Source of the DNA: Octopus vulgaris
Taxonomy: Eukaryota
NCBI GenBank assembly: GCA_951406725.2
Contig: OX597818.1
Span: 70,494,001 to 70,558,000, forward strand
Length of the DNA stretch: 64,000 nucleotides
Direction: 5' to 3'
Part shown: positions 1 to 11,946 of the stretch, piece by piece
Position numbering within the stretch: position 1 is the stretch's first letter
How the letters are laid out: each line of letters begins with the position of its first letter
The notes under the pieces: generated by a model
Told to the model about the DNA's origin: nothing
What the model saw: only the letters and a program-made list of their open reading frames with translations
The model's database searches: none
Translations under genes and position numbers: made by a program

Positions 1-119
1 CAGGAAGTTGACTGCATGGTGAACAGGAAATCAGCAAGGTTGTTGGAGTGGAAATAGGAAGGGGTGGTATGCACAAGTACATAGTTGTATATGTGGGTGT
101 GTGGAGTCGCTCATATGCT

Positions 120-458
120 TTTTTATGCATGTCTGTATTGATGTGAGTGTGCGCATCTGTACATGGGTATGTGTATGCATGCCCACACACATACACATGT
201 ACATATATATATGAACGAAGATGCATGCACACACACACATGCATATTCATTTATATGTACATATGTATATGTGCATGCATGCATATACACATGTATACTA
301 ATGTGTGCATACACACATGTGCATGGACATATGTGCTTACACACACATACATACTCACGTGCACATACGCATATGTACATGCACATACTCATATTTACAT
401 ATATGTACATATATAAGCACACACACATATATGTATATATATGAATATATATATATAC
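120..458. repeat. Degenerate (CA)/(TA) compound microsatellite
   Basis: Alternating purine-pyrimidine tract; the overlapping ORFs encode only H/T/Y/I/C/V/M repeats. Confidence 0.9.
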
Positions 459-550
459 AAGGTTGGCCAAAAGTCACCCGACAGTAAATCAATATTAAAT
501 CTCAAAGTAGATGATAGAGCTCTAAAATGTAAATTTTAGGGTGAAAACCC
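456..550 (+). mobile_element. Solo Tc1/mariner-type terminal fragment
   Basis: TA followed by 'caaggttggccaaaagtcacccgac' resembles a Tc1/mariner TIR start (TA|CAGGG..); no partner TIR found. Confidence 0.35.
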
Positions 551-1128
551 TTTTGGATAGAGAAAGTCAAAGGCTGTCCATGAGACTACGGCTTTTAATT
601 GTTGAAAGTTTATAAATTCTAATAATATAAAAAAAAATCTATATGCAAGCATGCAGTTGTGTGTGTGTGTGTATGTGTGTACATTCGTTATACGTATTCC
701 TACATATATTTGAAGCATGAATGATGATGATGATGATGATGATATATATTGTAACCTCTGTGATAGAATATTTTATTTTTCTCTCCCAAAGAACTGTGTT
801 GGGTTTGTGTTTGAAGTTGGCAAAAATTCTGAAGGGAATGTCCCACACCACTTTTTTCCTTGGTCATCCTTATTCCAGGTTCACTCTTTCCTATGGCTAA
901 CATCATTTCAGTAATAAGTGCAGCATTGAAAGAAAATACGCTGATTATTTTGGGGCAGTTGCTATTCATATGCACAATATACTCCACAGATATGTGACAT
1001 AATTGGTGTACGTATGTGTGTATGGTTTGTATATGCAGTATGCCTGTGAGTGTATACATGTGTGCATGTGAGTACATATACATAAAACATACATATATAT
1101 ATTTATATATATATATACATATATTTAA

Positions 1129-1159
<31 letters not shown>

Positions 1160-2943
1160 CGTCCATATTGTAGACATGCAATCTTTAATTACAGCTGTTA
1201 TCTATGAAATGTCATTACAATAAATATGAGCACATTATATGGAATAGTCTTCAACTTTACAGCATAAATGCAATAACCATGAAGATAACAAAGACTGCCA
1301 TTCCACCTCGCACCAATCAGAGAGTAACATGTTAATAGCAGCAATATAAACCTGAACACAACCAGAGAAAGATATCCTGGTTAGATCAGAATTACTTCAG
1401 AAACATTTCTAATTTCATATTATTAGTAGTCTAAGGAGATATTCACAAGATATGTGTCACTAAATTGTATTTGGAATATCTTTGCTGCCTTATTGCAACC
1501 TTTCCTCATCATCATCATCATTGTCATCATCATCGTTATCCTCCTCCTCCCCCTCATCATCATCATTTTTTTTTATATTATATGTTCGTTTTTGTGTTGT
1601 GTTTGTTTTCTGTTTTATTTCTCTCTGAATGTTTCACAGTCAACTTGATGGCTGTTAGAGATAGTTGTTTTATACAGGAATATCTTGGTTTGCTCTCACA
1701 TATAAATAATCTTATCACAGATACAAATTCTACTGCCACAAGATATCATTTTAATTGTTCACACTTTTGCACATGCACACACGCACACATACACACACAC
1801 ACACTCACACACACGTATCTATATGTAAGTAGGAGATACATATTATAAGTATATGATGTAAATACGCACATATAAATACATACATGTATATATTTACACA
1901 TATACATACATATACACAGAGAGAAAGACTACACACACACACACACACACATATGCACTCACAAACATATTTCTCTACATGAAGAGTCTATAGTGAAAAT
2001 TATAACATTTTTAATTTGCCAATTTGGAAGCATTAAATTGTTATCTGTGATATTTTTGATGCAGTTTAACCCCACCCATCTATTTCTGCTTTTTTTGATA
2101 TTTATCAGAAAAATATTTCTTTCTGCATTAAATTCTAGCAATTTCTGTTTTTTTTTTAGTTTGTTTGATTGATTGATTTTTCTTTCAATATTCTTTTATA
2201 TTTTTGGTCTTCAGTATTTATTTACATAAAAGTTATCTTAAATGGGTTCCTACAGATTTTAGCAACTCACATCTCAGGCCATCGTTAACTTAATAGTACC
2301 ACCTGGTCAGTTGTTGTTGTTGGTGTTTAGCCTCAAGTCAATTTGGTTGAGCAAGTCTTTGAAAGAAAGGCTTTCCAGCTGTGACCATCCCATCTATTTT
2401 TAACATACTGTAACTAAGTCTACATTATCTTGTGTGTTTTCCTCATTTTCTTTATCAAGATGCTAGAGTAAGTTTAAATGGAGATTTGTCATTTATTTAT
2501 ATAAGGTCAAAGAACCATGCAGAGGTTCTGATTGGCAAGTATAAAATATATCTTACCATTCTCAGTTTGTTATAGAATAAAAACTATTTTTATTAATTTA
2601 TGCTGCTTTTTATCTCTTGGTCGAATCTATATTTTCTATAAATTTAAAAAAAAAATACAAGACACTTTTCCCGTACTAACTGGAGCTGTTCTTGACAACC
2701 AAGATGTAATAATCACTTTGTTTCCTTGAACTTATTCTCTCATCTATTGTTGTAAGTAATTGATGTATTCTTTCTCATTCATTTTACTCCTTCTTCCCTG
2801 CTGCTGCAGCTGGGCTCATCCTGATGCTCCACCAGTCTTTCTCTTCCTTCATGTCTTCCCTTCTCCTTTCTCTTCTATCAATGTCTATTGCTATCCCTAT
2901 TTAATAAATAATCAAATTATATATATATATACACACACACACA

Positions 2944-3823
2944 CAAGGTGTAATGAATAAACTGTCGTCTAAATTACACAAAAATGAAAATAAGACTGAC
3001 ATCTTCTTTTAACAGATATATTTACCAAAATTACATAAAAATATCTTGAAATACAAAAGAGTGATTTTATTCAATAAAATTGCCATGGCTTCAACCACGG
3101 CCTCCAGACGACTTTGGAATCTCCTGCAACTCTTCTGGATGGTCTCCTTGTTTAAGTTGGTGAAATGCTGTCTTCAGTTCATCTTTGGTGTTACAAGGGA
3201 GTTTTGTTGGCCTCTCACTCAACTGCACCCCACATATTATAATCAAGGGGGTTGCAGTGTGGGGAGTTAGAAGGCCAGATGTTAGGGGTGGTGTGGTCGC
3301 AGAAATTGTCTGATAGCCATGAGTGGGTTCTCCAGCTTATGTGGCATGGTGCAGAGTCCTGTTACCAGACATAGGGTCTTCCAGCAGACACTCTCTTGAC
3401 CCAGGGCAGCACTACCTCCTCCACGCACTTGATGTAGGCCTCCATGTTGAATTTGAGGCCATGCAGGAAGATGAATGGATGCATAATGTCAGTATCACTA
3501 GTGATCACTCCAAAAACACTATGATGTTGACTGGATGTTTGATTTTTAACACTTTCAGTACGTGTCTTCAGATTGCACTGTCCTCAGATTGACACCCAAA
3601 CATTCTGAAGTGTTCGTGTTGAAGTCTCCAGCATGAATGCCAAGCAGTACAGCATGTCATTTCTAAATTCCTGGCAGAGTGAATTATGTCATGGTGCTGT
3701 TTTTCTCACAGACAGTACCCAACTGACCCTACTGTACTGTGTAGCCAACAAAATTGAAAAACAAACAATATGTATGCACAAAATTAGAAATATAAAATGG
3801 CAAAAGTTTACCCATGGCACTCT
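2944..3823 (-). mobile_element. Internally deleted maT/DD37D Tc1-mariner element, copy 1
   Basis: Colinear with 62830-63670. Minus strand encodes a degenerate catalytic C-terminus (QDSAPCH...NF...NSP.CNP.DY). Ends 'caaggtgtaatgaataaa' and 'tttacccatggcactctg' are imperfect TIRs. Confidence 0.85.
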
Positions 3824-4199
3824 GTGTGTGTGTGTGTGTGTGGTATAATTATAAACACAGCAAATTTTAGCTATTTCTCTGCAGACTGAAAAAAAGGATG
3901 AACAACCTTAATCAATTTTCAAACTTTATTAGGTTACATATGTATGTATGTATGTATCAATCAATCAATCAATCAATAAATAAATCATTGTTGTCATTTA
4001 ACATCTGCTTTCCATGCTGGCATGGGTTAGATGCTTTGACTGAGGACTGGCAAGCCAGGAGGTGTACCAAGCACTAATCTGATATGTATGTATGCATGTA
4101 TACATACATATATGTATGTATGTGTGTATGTATGTATGTATGTTTGTATGTATGTATGTATGTATGTATGTATGTATGTATGTATGTGTGTATGTATAT

Positions 4200-4420
4200 C
4201 TATGTGTGTGTGTCTTTGTTTGTCCCCGACCACAAATAACAATCAATATCGGTGTATTTACATTCTTATGACTTAGTGTTTTGTTAGAAGAGACCACTCA
4301 AATAAGTACAAGGCTGAAAAAGAAGTAATACCTGGGGCCAGTCTGTTTAACTAAAACCCTTCGAGGTGGTGCTCCAGCATGGCCACAGTCAAATAAATAA
4401 AACAAGTAAAAAATAAAGAA
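4200..4420 (+). mobile_element. 3' half of microsatellite-containing SINE (family B)
   Basis: Matches the 3' part of 16170-16635 (gtttgtcccc...ggtgctccagcatggccacagtcaaat). Confidence 0.7.
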
Positions 4421-4618
4421 AATGAAAGAAATGAAAATGTGAAACAATAACAACAAACAACATAAAAACAAAATCAAATGTAATCATTAGAGTTTATATT
4501 CAACTTTTTGTATATGACAGGACTCCCTTCATATCTAGCCATATACATTTCTGTGTCTATGCACACACACACACGTATACATGATATATACATTTATATA
4601 TGTATATATATATATATA

Positions 4619-5176
4619 TATTATTAGTGAATTGAAGAAATGGAGTTGAACGAAGATTGAACAGAAATCGTTTTATTGCATTCTACACGTGTTTCGAAAG
4701 GCACAATTTACCAAATTCCGATTGAATAATGAGACCATATTGTGTCTTTCTCTTCAGGAAGAAATAGGAAATCCGTTGGAAAAAACAAAAACAGAACAGA
4801 GGCGGAGCAAAACAAATCGAACGAGGCTCCTAAGAGCCCATGGCCAAACTGTTTATCCTGTTTATCCAAACTGTTAAACCATCAAACATAGAAAGACACA
4901 ATATGGTCTCCTTATTCAATCGGAATTTGGTAAATTGTGCCTTTCGAAACACGTGTAGAAGGCAATAAAACGATTTCTGTTCAATCTTCGTTCAACTCCA
5001 TTTCTTCAATTCACTAATAATATTAAAATTCAATTATCTGCACCAACGCACGGTTGCAACACCATATGGTTGTACCTCCAACCGTGCTGTCTTCTGCTGT
5101 GATTTTTGCTACCAAGGTATCGGTTAAACTTTTGATTAATCTGCAACAAGATTATTCATCTTTCTATTTCACAAAA
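4619..5176 (+). mobile_element. Penelope-like (pLTR-only) fold-back insertion in (TA)n
   Basis: 4619-4751 is the near-perfect reverse complement of 4890-5022. An unpaired ~150 bp tail follows to 5176, (TA)n flanks both sides, and the arms contain a hammerhead motif and AATAAA. Confidence 0.75.
4681..4760 (-). ncRNA. Minimal type I hammerhead ribozyme
   Basis: Minus strand reads UUC-CUGAAGA-[GAAAGACACAAU...AUUGUGCCUUUC]-GAAA-C-ACGU-G-UA-GAA. All core boxes are present, stem II pairs 11/12 and closes with G-C, the stem III loop is palindromic (ACGU), the cleavage triplet is GUA, and stem I is UUC/GAA. Confidence 0.8.
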
Positions 5177-5423
5177 TATATATATATATATTATAGGAAG
5201 TAGTCATTACATGTGGCAGATGTGCAGATACAATAAACACTAAGAATGTACAGAAAATAGACCCACTCCCCACTCAAAGGTCCTTAGAAGTAATAGGCAG
5301 TTTCTGTTACTCAAACTTGCAGCTCTGTTGTTTTGCAGCTTATTCTGATTCCCTTGGCATTTAAGAGAGACTTTGTAGAAATCAAGACAGAAAACTGGTA
5401 AAACTGTTTGTGCACACGTCAAA

Positions 5424-5595
5424 ATGCTTAGCAGAACTTGGCCAGTCTTTTTATTCTGAGTTCAAATTCTGCCGAGGTCGATTTTGCCCTTCATCTTTGC
5501 AGGATTGATAAAATAAGTACCAGTTGAACTCTGGGGACGATGTAAGTGACATATCCCTACCCCTAAACTTGTTGGCCTTGTGCCAAAATTTGAAA
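5424..5595 (+). mobile_element. tRNA-type SINE family A (5'-truncated) with (ATC)/(ATT) tail
   Basis: 'ttctgagttcaaattctgccgaggtcgattttgcccttcatc...gataaaataagtaccagtt' is shared with 31075, 51441 and 58829. Confidence 0.8.
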
Positions 5596-5610
5596 TCATC
5601 ATCATCATCA

Positions 5611-5686
<76 letters not shown>

Positions 5687-5722
5687 CATCATCATCATCA
5701 TCATCATTGATATTATTATTAT
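5596..5722. repeat. (ATC)/(ATT)n trinucleotide microsatellite
   Basis: Seen directly. Confidence 0.95.
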
Positions 5723-5972
5723 TTGTTTGTTTGTTGCTGTTACATTTTCATGAAAATATGGCAATTATTTCTAAAGAAAGTGTTGCTTTTTGTAGAAACT
5801 TAATGAGTTTAAGATCAAACACTGTTGCTATTGCTTTTCTGTGTTCGCTGTTGTTATTGTTGTTTCTTTTTGTTTTTATTTTGCTCTATGATTTTTGTCT
5901 AATTTTTCTCTCTTATTGACATTTTACTTATGAGTGACATGGAGAAAAAGATAAAATACACACATAAAAGCA

Positions 5973-5982
5973 TGTATGTATA

Positions 5983-6023
<41 letters not shown>

Positions 6024-6152
6024 GTATATCTATATGTATATATATATGTATATGTATATATATATATGTGTATATGTATATATATATATGTATATATGTA
6101 TATGTATATATATATGTATATATATATGTATATATATATATGTATATATATG

Positions 6153-6187
<35 letters not shown>

Positions 6188-6225
6188 TATATATATATAT
6201 GTATATATATATATGTATATATATG

Positions 6226-6260
<35 letters not shown>

Positions 6261-6497
6261 GTATATGTATATATATATGTATATATATATGTATATATAT
6301 AAGTACACACGAACACATACAGACATGTATGTATTTACATACTCATATATATACATATACACATATATATTCATACATACCTATATATATGTACACACAC
6401 ATATATATGCATATATATATATGTATGTACATTTCTATGTGTGTGCATGTATAATAGATGTGTATGTGTATATATGTATAATAGATATATGTATATA
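5973..6497. repeat. Long (TA)/(TATG) compound microsatellite
   Basis: Seen directly. Confidence 0.95.
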
Positions 6498-7222
6498 ATT
6501 AGCCTACAATTATTTTGCGTGACTAAATTGTTATAAATACAACCTGAGAACAGCGACTGAGTGCAAAACCATCAAACGTAGCAAAGAAAGAAGGAAAAGA
6601 GAAAAAAAAAATCATTGAAGAATTCTATTTTCTTCATAGGAAGATCCATTTCCAAGAATACCAAACATGACTTGTGATTTTTGATGTTTATGTTATCGTT
6701 GCTGTCATGGAATTCATTGTATTTAAGTCAGATTTCCATTTAATGACAGGCATCTGTGTAAAGTGATCTCAGTTGATTGGATGTTGCCCACTTGTCTCCT
6801 GTTACTTTTGGGAACCCTCTTCTTGTAGGTTCATCTCAGGTAATTGGAGACACTGATCACCACTGCAAGTTAACTCTACACTGTCTTACATGTATTTCAT
6901 TAACAAAAGGTGTTTATTAGTTACATAATGTAAATTACATACTGAAAGTTATTTATCAAATCCTCAGAGAGTGTGACTTTTATATATAACATTACTGGAT
7001 TGTAGAAATGATGAAAGAAGTAACCAATTTGAGTAGGAGGTGAAATTTTACTAATCATCTTCTGAATGGAGAAGTTGTTTGGGGAACCTTGACATTCCAG
7101 TCAAAATTAAATATTTCTATAATAAATTTGTGTCTAATTTCAGCATTGAGCCTCCAGCCAACCACTGGTCAGTAACTGGTCAGTGGTCTGTTGTAATTCT
7201 TAAAATTCTTTTAAAATGAAAA

Positions 7223-8678
7223 ATCATCATCATCATCATCATATGTCTGTTCTCCATAATGGCATGGGTTGGACAGTTTGAGAGGAGCTGGCCAGCTAGA
7301 GAGTTTCCCAGGCTCACTTTGTCTTGTTTGACATGGTTTCTACAGCCGGATGCCCTTCCTAGTGCCAACCACTTTACAGTGTGTGCCAGGAGCTTTAAAC
7401 ATGGCACTGCCAAGGGCACTCTTACATGGCACCAGCATGGATGCTTTTATGTGGTACCAGCACAGGCACTGTGACATTGCACCATCACTGGTTCTTTTAC
7501 TGTGGCACCAGCATGGTGCTTTTACATGGCACCAATGCCTACAAGCACACAAGACTAGGATCTCTTGACTGAGAGAGGAATGTAGGGGATATGCCTGAAT
7601 TCAGGAACAGCCATGATTTTATTTAGTTTAACATGTCTCCTTAAGTACAGCAAACCACCAGAAGTCTTGGTCCCTGTCATCTCTTCTATGAGGCCCAATA
7701 TCTGAAGACCCTTTCTCACCACTTTGTCCCACATCTTCCTGGGTTTACCCCTGCCACATGTTCCCTCCATAATTTGAAATTGGCACTTCCTGATGCAGTT
7801 GCCCTCATCCATACACATCACATGGCCATACCAACACAGTCCTCTCTCTTGCACACTACATCTGATGCCTCGTATAACCAATTTTTCTCTTAAGACACAT
7901 TCTGTTATTCATGCACACTGACATTACCCATCCAGCAGACTACACTGGCTTAATTACTTTCAAGCCTTTGTGTGTCATCAGTAGTCACAGCCCATGTTTC
8001 ACTGCCATGTAGCATAGCTGTTCTTACACAGGCATCATACAATCTGGCTTTCACTCAGAGGTAGCAGCTCTCTGAACTTTTCCCAGCCTGTTGTTATTCT
8101 AGCAACTACGCTCTCAGAGCCTCCTCCTCCACTGCTAACTTAACACCTAGGTAACAGAAGGTATCTGCTATTCTAAAGACCCCACCAGACATTTGAGGGA
8201 GTCGATTTTCTCTACATTCTCAGTGTTTATTGTACTTATACATCTGTCCCACACAAAGGCCACTTCCTCTGACACCACTGCACCACTTATGTGTTCATAG
8301 CTTGCACTGGGTATACCATATTGAGGTTCAACCAACACCTTTTCTACATATTGACCTGGACCACCCTATTGAAGAGATCAATGATTTTTTTTTTTTTTGC
8401 TACTTACGAAGATTTTAGTCTTTGCTAAATTAACCCTAAGCTCCTTTTGATTCCAGACCTTTCATCCACACCTGAAATTTCTTCTCTAGCTCAGGTAAGG
8501 ATTTAGCTATAAGACCAAGGTCATCAACACAGCAGAGCTCCCAAGAGCAGCCAGCCTTAAATTCCCCTGTTGTGGCCTAGAGGACTGTGATCAACAAGAG
8601 GGGGCTGAGAATTGATCTTTGTAAGCTCCTAGCTGTACACTAAATTCCTTGCTATGCTCATTGCCAACTTTCAACTTT
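7223..8678 (-). mobile_element. Degenerate 5'-truncated RTE LINE (family A-related)
   Basis: Minus-strand RT and C-terminal remnants (QGSILSP, degenerate YADD, WYGHV, GRGKPRK), a 3'UTR with the 'gatgcccttcct' motif and a (GAT)n tail; homologous to 54061-55716. Confidence 0.9.
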
Positions 8679-9283
8679 GTTTAAAATACACAGATAAATA
8701 AACAAATAGAAATAAATAACTATATAAGTTTTTTTTTTTGTTTAATTTAAAATTTTTTTTTATTTATTATTATTATTACTAGTATTGTTGTTATACATAC
8801 ATACATACATACAAGCATACGTAATGATAATAATAATATGTGGATGTAAACACATGAACAAAATAAGAATAAACAACAACAACAAAAACAAATTACATGA
8901 ACGTATATAAACAGAAGATACAAATATTACAGGCATCCCCCACACACACACACTAAATAAACATAGACACACATAGAGATATAAGCATGCGCAAATGAAG
9001 ACACATACAATAGAAATACAAAATGGCTGACGGTTAGTAAGGAGAGACACAAATAAGAAAGAAGAAAACAAAGGACTACTGATGCGGTCACAGGAGTGTG
9101 ACGAAAGAACTCTGGCCGAAATAAGATTAAGATTAATGTAAAAAATAAATAACAATGAAGCAAAATAACACCAAATATATAGTGCGTGTGTTTTTATTGG
9201 CTAAACTGGCAAAATGACCATTCCGAAATATAACAATATCTGTTTCAACACACGACTTCACATAAAAAATCTTGCACAACAAA

Positions 9284-9330
<47 letters not shown>

Positions 9331-9390
9331 GTATATGTATGTGTATGTATATATGTATATATATATATAAATGTATTTATATATTTGTGT

Positions 9391-9720
9391 GAAGGTGCAT
9401 GGCTCGATGGTTAGAGCATCAAGCTTACAATCGTGAGGTTGTGAGTTTAATTCCGTGACCGGGCTGCATGTTGTGTTCTTGAGCAAGACACTTTATTTTA
9501 CCTTGCTCCAGTTCACTCAGCTGTAGAAATGAGTTGCTTTTCCCTTGGATAACATCGATGACATGGAGAGAGGCAGCTGGTATGCACAGGCGATTGCTGG
9601 TCTTCCATGAAAACAACCCTAGGTTGTGCTTACGCCAGTGAGGCAACCTTTTCCCCAGACTTGTACCCTGGAGGAGAACCTCTTAGGTGCACCCATGGCC
9701 ATTCATGACCAACAGAGCCA
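9391..9720 (+). mobile_element. tRNA-derived SINE (family C)
   Basis: A-box 'tggctcgatggttagagc' and B-box-like 'gagtttaattcc', then 'gtgttcttgagcaagacactttatt'; related head at 61737. Confidence 0.7.
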
Positions 9721-9756
9721 ATCATATATATATATATATATATGTATGTATATATG

Positions 9757-9797
<41 letters not shown>

Positions 9798-10277
9798 ATA
9801 TGTATGTATATATAAAGCCTATGGCTTTATATGTATATATGTATATATACATATAAAGCCATAGGCTAATATCCAGGAATTTAATATCTCTGTGGCACCA
9901 TGGGTAAGTAGCATCTGCTATAGCCTCAGGTCAACCAAACGTAGTCAGTAGATTTTATAGACTGAGAACTAGAAAGGAACTTGTCATATCTGTGTGTGTG
10001 TTTGCTTGTATATGTGAACCTTTGTGTTTGTGTTGGTCCCTGCTCCCACTGCTTTACAACTGGGGACTCTTTGTTCAATTAATCCTCAAAGATAATCCTC
10101 CAGCATGAATGAAACAAATAAAAGAATGACATGAAACTATGTTTCTGCCATCAATTTGGCTTTGCAAACAATCCTACTCCTGCTACTGTCAATTACAATT
10201 GTATAACGAGAGACTGGAATTTATCTAAATTAAATCTACTCTTGACTGTCATATAACAGAGTATTAAAATTTCATGA

Positions 10278-10618
10278 AACTTCATAACTATTGGACTCAT
10301 TCAATTCATTACAAGTTTACCAACCAAATGCTGTAATGGCAATACCTGGAGCTGGAAAGACATTTATTCATCAAAACACATTAATGAAATGAATCCTAAA
10401 GCAGGTAGCTCTGTTGCTGCTACACATACAAAATCTGGTTCTAAAACATTAGTCGTATCAAGCGCTCTTACAGTTACCTGCTTTAGAATTCATTTTCTTA
10501 ATGTATTTTCATGAATGACCACATTTACAGCTCTAGGTATTGCTTTTACAGTGTTTGTTGATGTGCTCTGCTGGGTTAACGACCATTGAATGTGGGTGAG
10601 ACGAATATCTATGAAGTT
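10278..10618. repeat. Old diverged inverted repeat (fold-back element relic)
   Basis: 10326-10410 is approximately the reverse complement of 10472-10556, with weaker pairing out to 10278 and 10618. Confidence 0.65.
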
Positions 10619-10700
10619 ATCTCCTATTTTCATCATCTCATAATTTGTCTGCTGTTAGAATATTTTGTCGATATATATATACATATATTATACACACATA

Positions 10701-11946
10701 CAGGGGTTCGACAAAATAATGGAAACACCTTAAAATTTCAAACAAATTTAGCGTAATATAGGGTAGGACCATGTTTGACAGTAATTACAGCTTGAATTCT
10801 CCGAGGTATGAACTCATACAAAGTTTGAATTTTTTTTCAAAGGAATTTTTGTCCATTCTTCAGTTAAAACAGTCTCCAGTTCTTGTAGTGATGGTGGAGG
10901 ACATCGACTCCTTACTTGCTTTTCTAAAATGCACCATAAATGTTCAATAATATTGAAATCTGGGGACTGTTGTGGCCAGATCGATGTTCAACTTCACTAG
11001 AATGTTCCTTGTACCATTCAGTAACAACTTTAGCTGTGTGAATTGGTGCATTATCATCCTGAAAGATTGCGTTTCCCTCCAGAAACAGTTCTGCAACCAT
11101 AGGATGAATTTGATCAGATAAAATGCTTAAATAGACTTGACCATTAATTCTGCCATGACGAGAAATCATTGGGTTGGATTTCAAAGATATAGTCCCCAAC
11201 CTCCCCCCAGATCATCACAGATCCTCCTCCATGCCTAACAGTTAGAAGAAAGCAGTCTGGATCAAATGCTTCTTTTGGCTATCTCCACATGTATACTCAG
11301 CCGGTGGTCAGAAATAGGGTAAAGGATGATTTGTCCAAGAAAATAACATTCTTCCACTGCTCTAGGGACCAATTTTGTAGGTTTTTACTCCACTCTAAAT
11401 GCTTTGCAATGTTTGTTTTGAAAGTAGTGGTTTTCTGATTTCAGCCCTCCCATGCAATCCGGCTTTGTGCAGCTTCTGGCAAACAATTTTTGTGGAAACT
11501 GGATTCTTGAGGTGGTCATTAAGCTCTGCAGTAATTTTGGGAGATGTACTTTTGTGATCCTTTCTAACAATTTGCATAAAAAGTATGATGGTTTCTATCT
11601 TAAAGTTTGGGTTTTCTTTTGGAGTTTTGTTTTGGCAAGGAGGTTTTTCCTTCTTTCTCAAAGGCTGTCATTACATTTTAGCTGTTTTTGTTATGCTAGC
11701 ACCTGCCATTAGAGCACCAGCAATTTGACCTCTTTGAAAGTCTGATAGATCTGTCATTTTAATGAATTTTAATTACCTTTTTCTGATGATATCTGAAAAG
11801 AAACAGCAGTTTTAGCAAAACATATTAAGCAACACTAATAATAAATCAAAAAACATAAAAATAAACAAGCTTTTGACAGTTTTATAGATATTTCAAAATT
11901 ATGATGCTATGATGCTAGGTGTTTCCATTGTTTTGTCCAACCCCTG
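10701..11946 (-). mobile_element. Tc1 (DD34E) transposon, copy 1, defective transposase
   Basis: TA-flanked TIRs 'caggggttcgacaaaataatggaaacacct' / 'aggtgtttccattgttttgtccaacccctg'. Minus strand encodes HTH remnants and FQDDNAPIHTAK...QSPDFNIIEHLW with frameshifts. Confidence 0.95.

Noticed and set aside
4689-4877. 62 aa ORF within the inverted repeat
   Set aside because: No recognisable motif; it lies antisense to the hammerhead and is explained by the pLTR-like element.
31-6498. Numerous ORFs rich in YI/HT/CV/MY (and the same pattern across the window)
   Set aside because: These are translations of microsatellites that lack stop codons, not genes.
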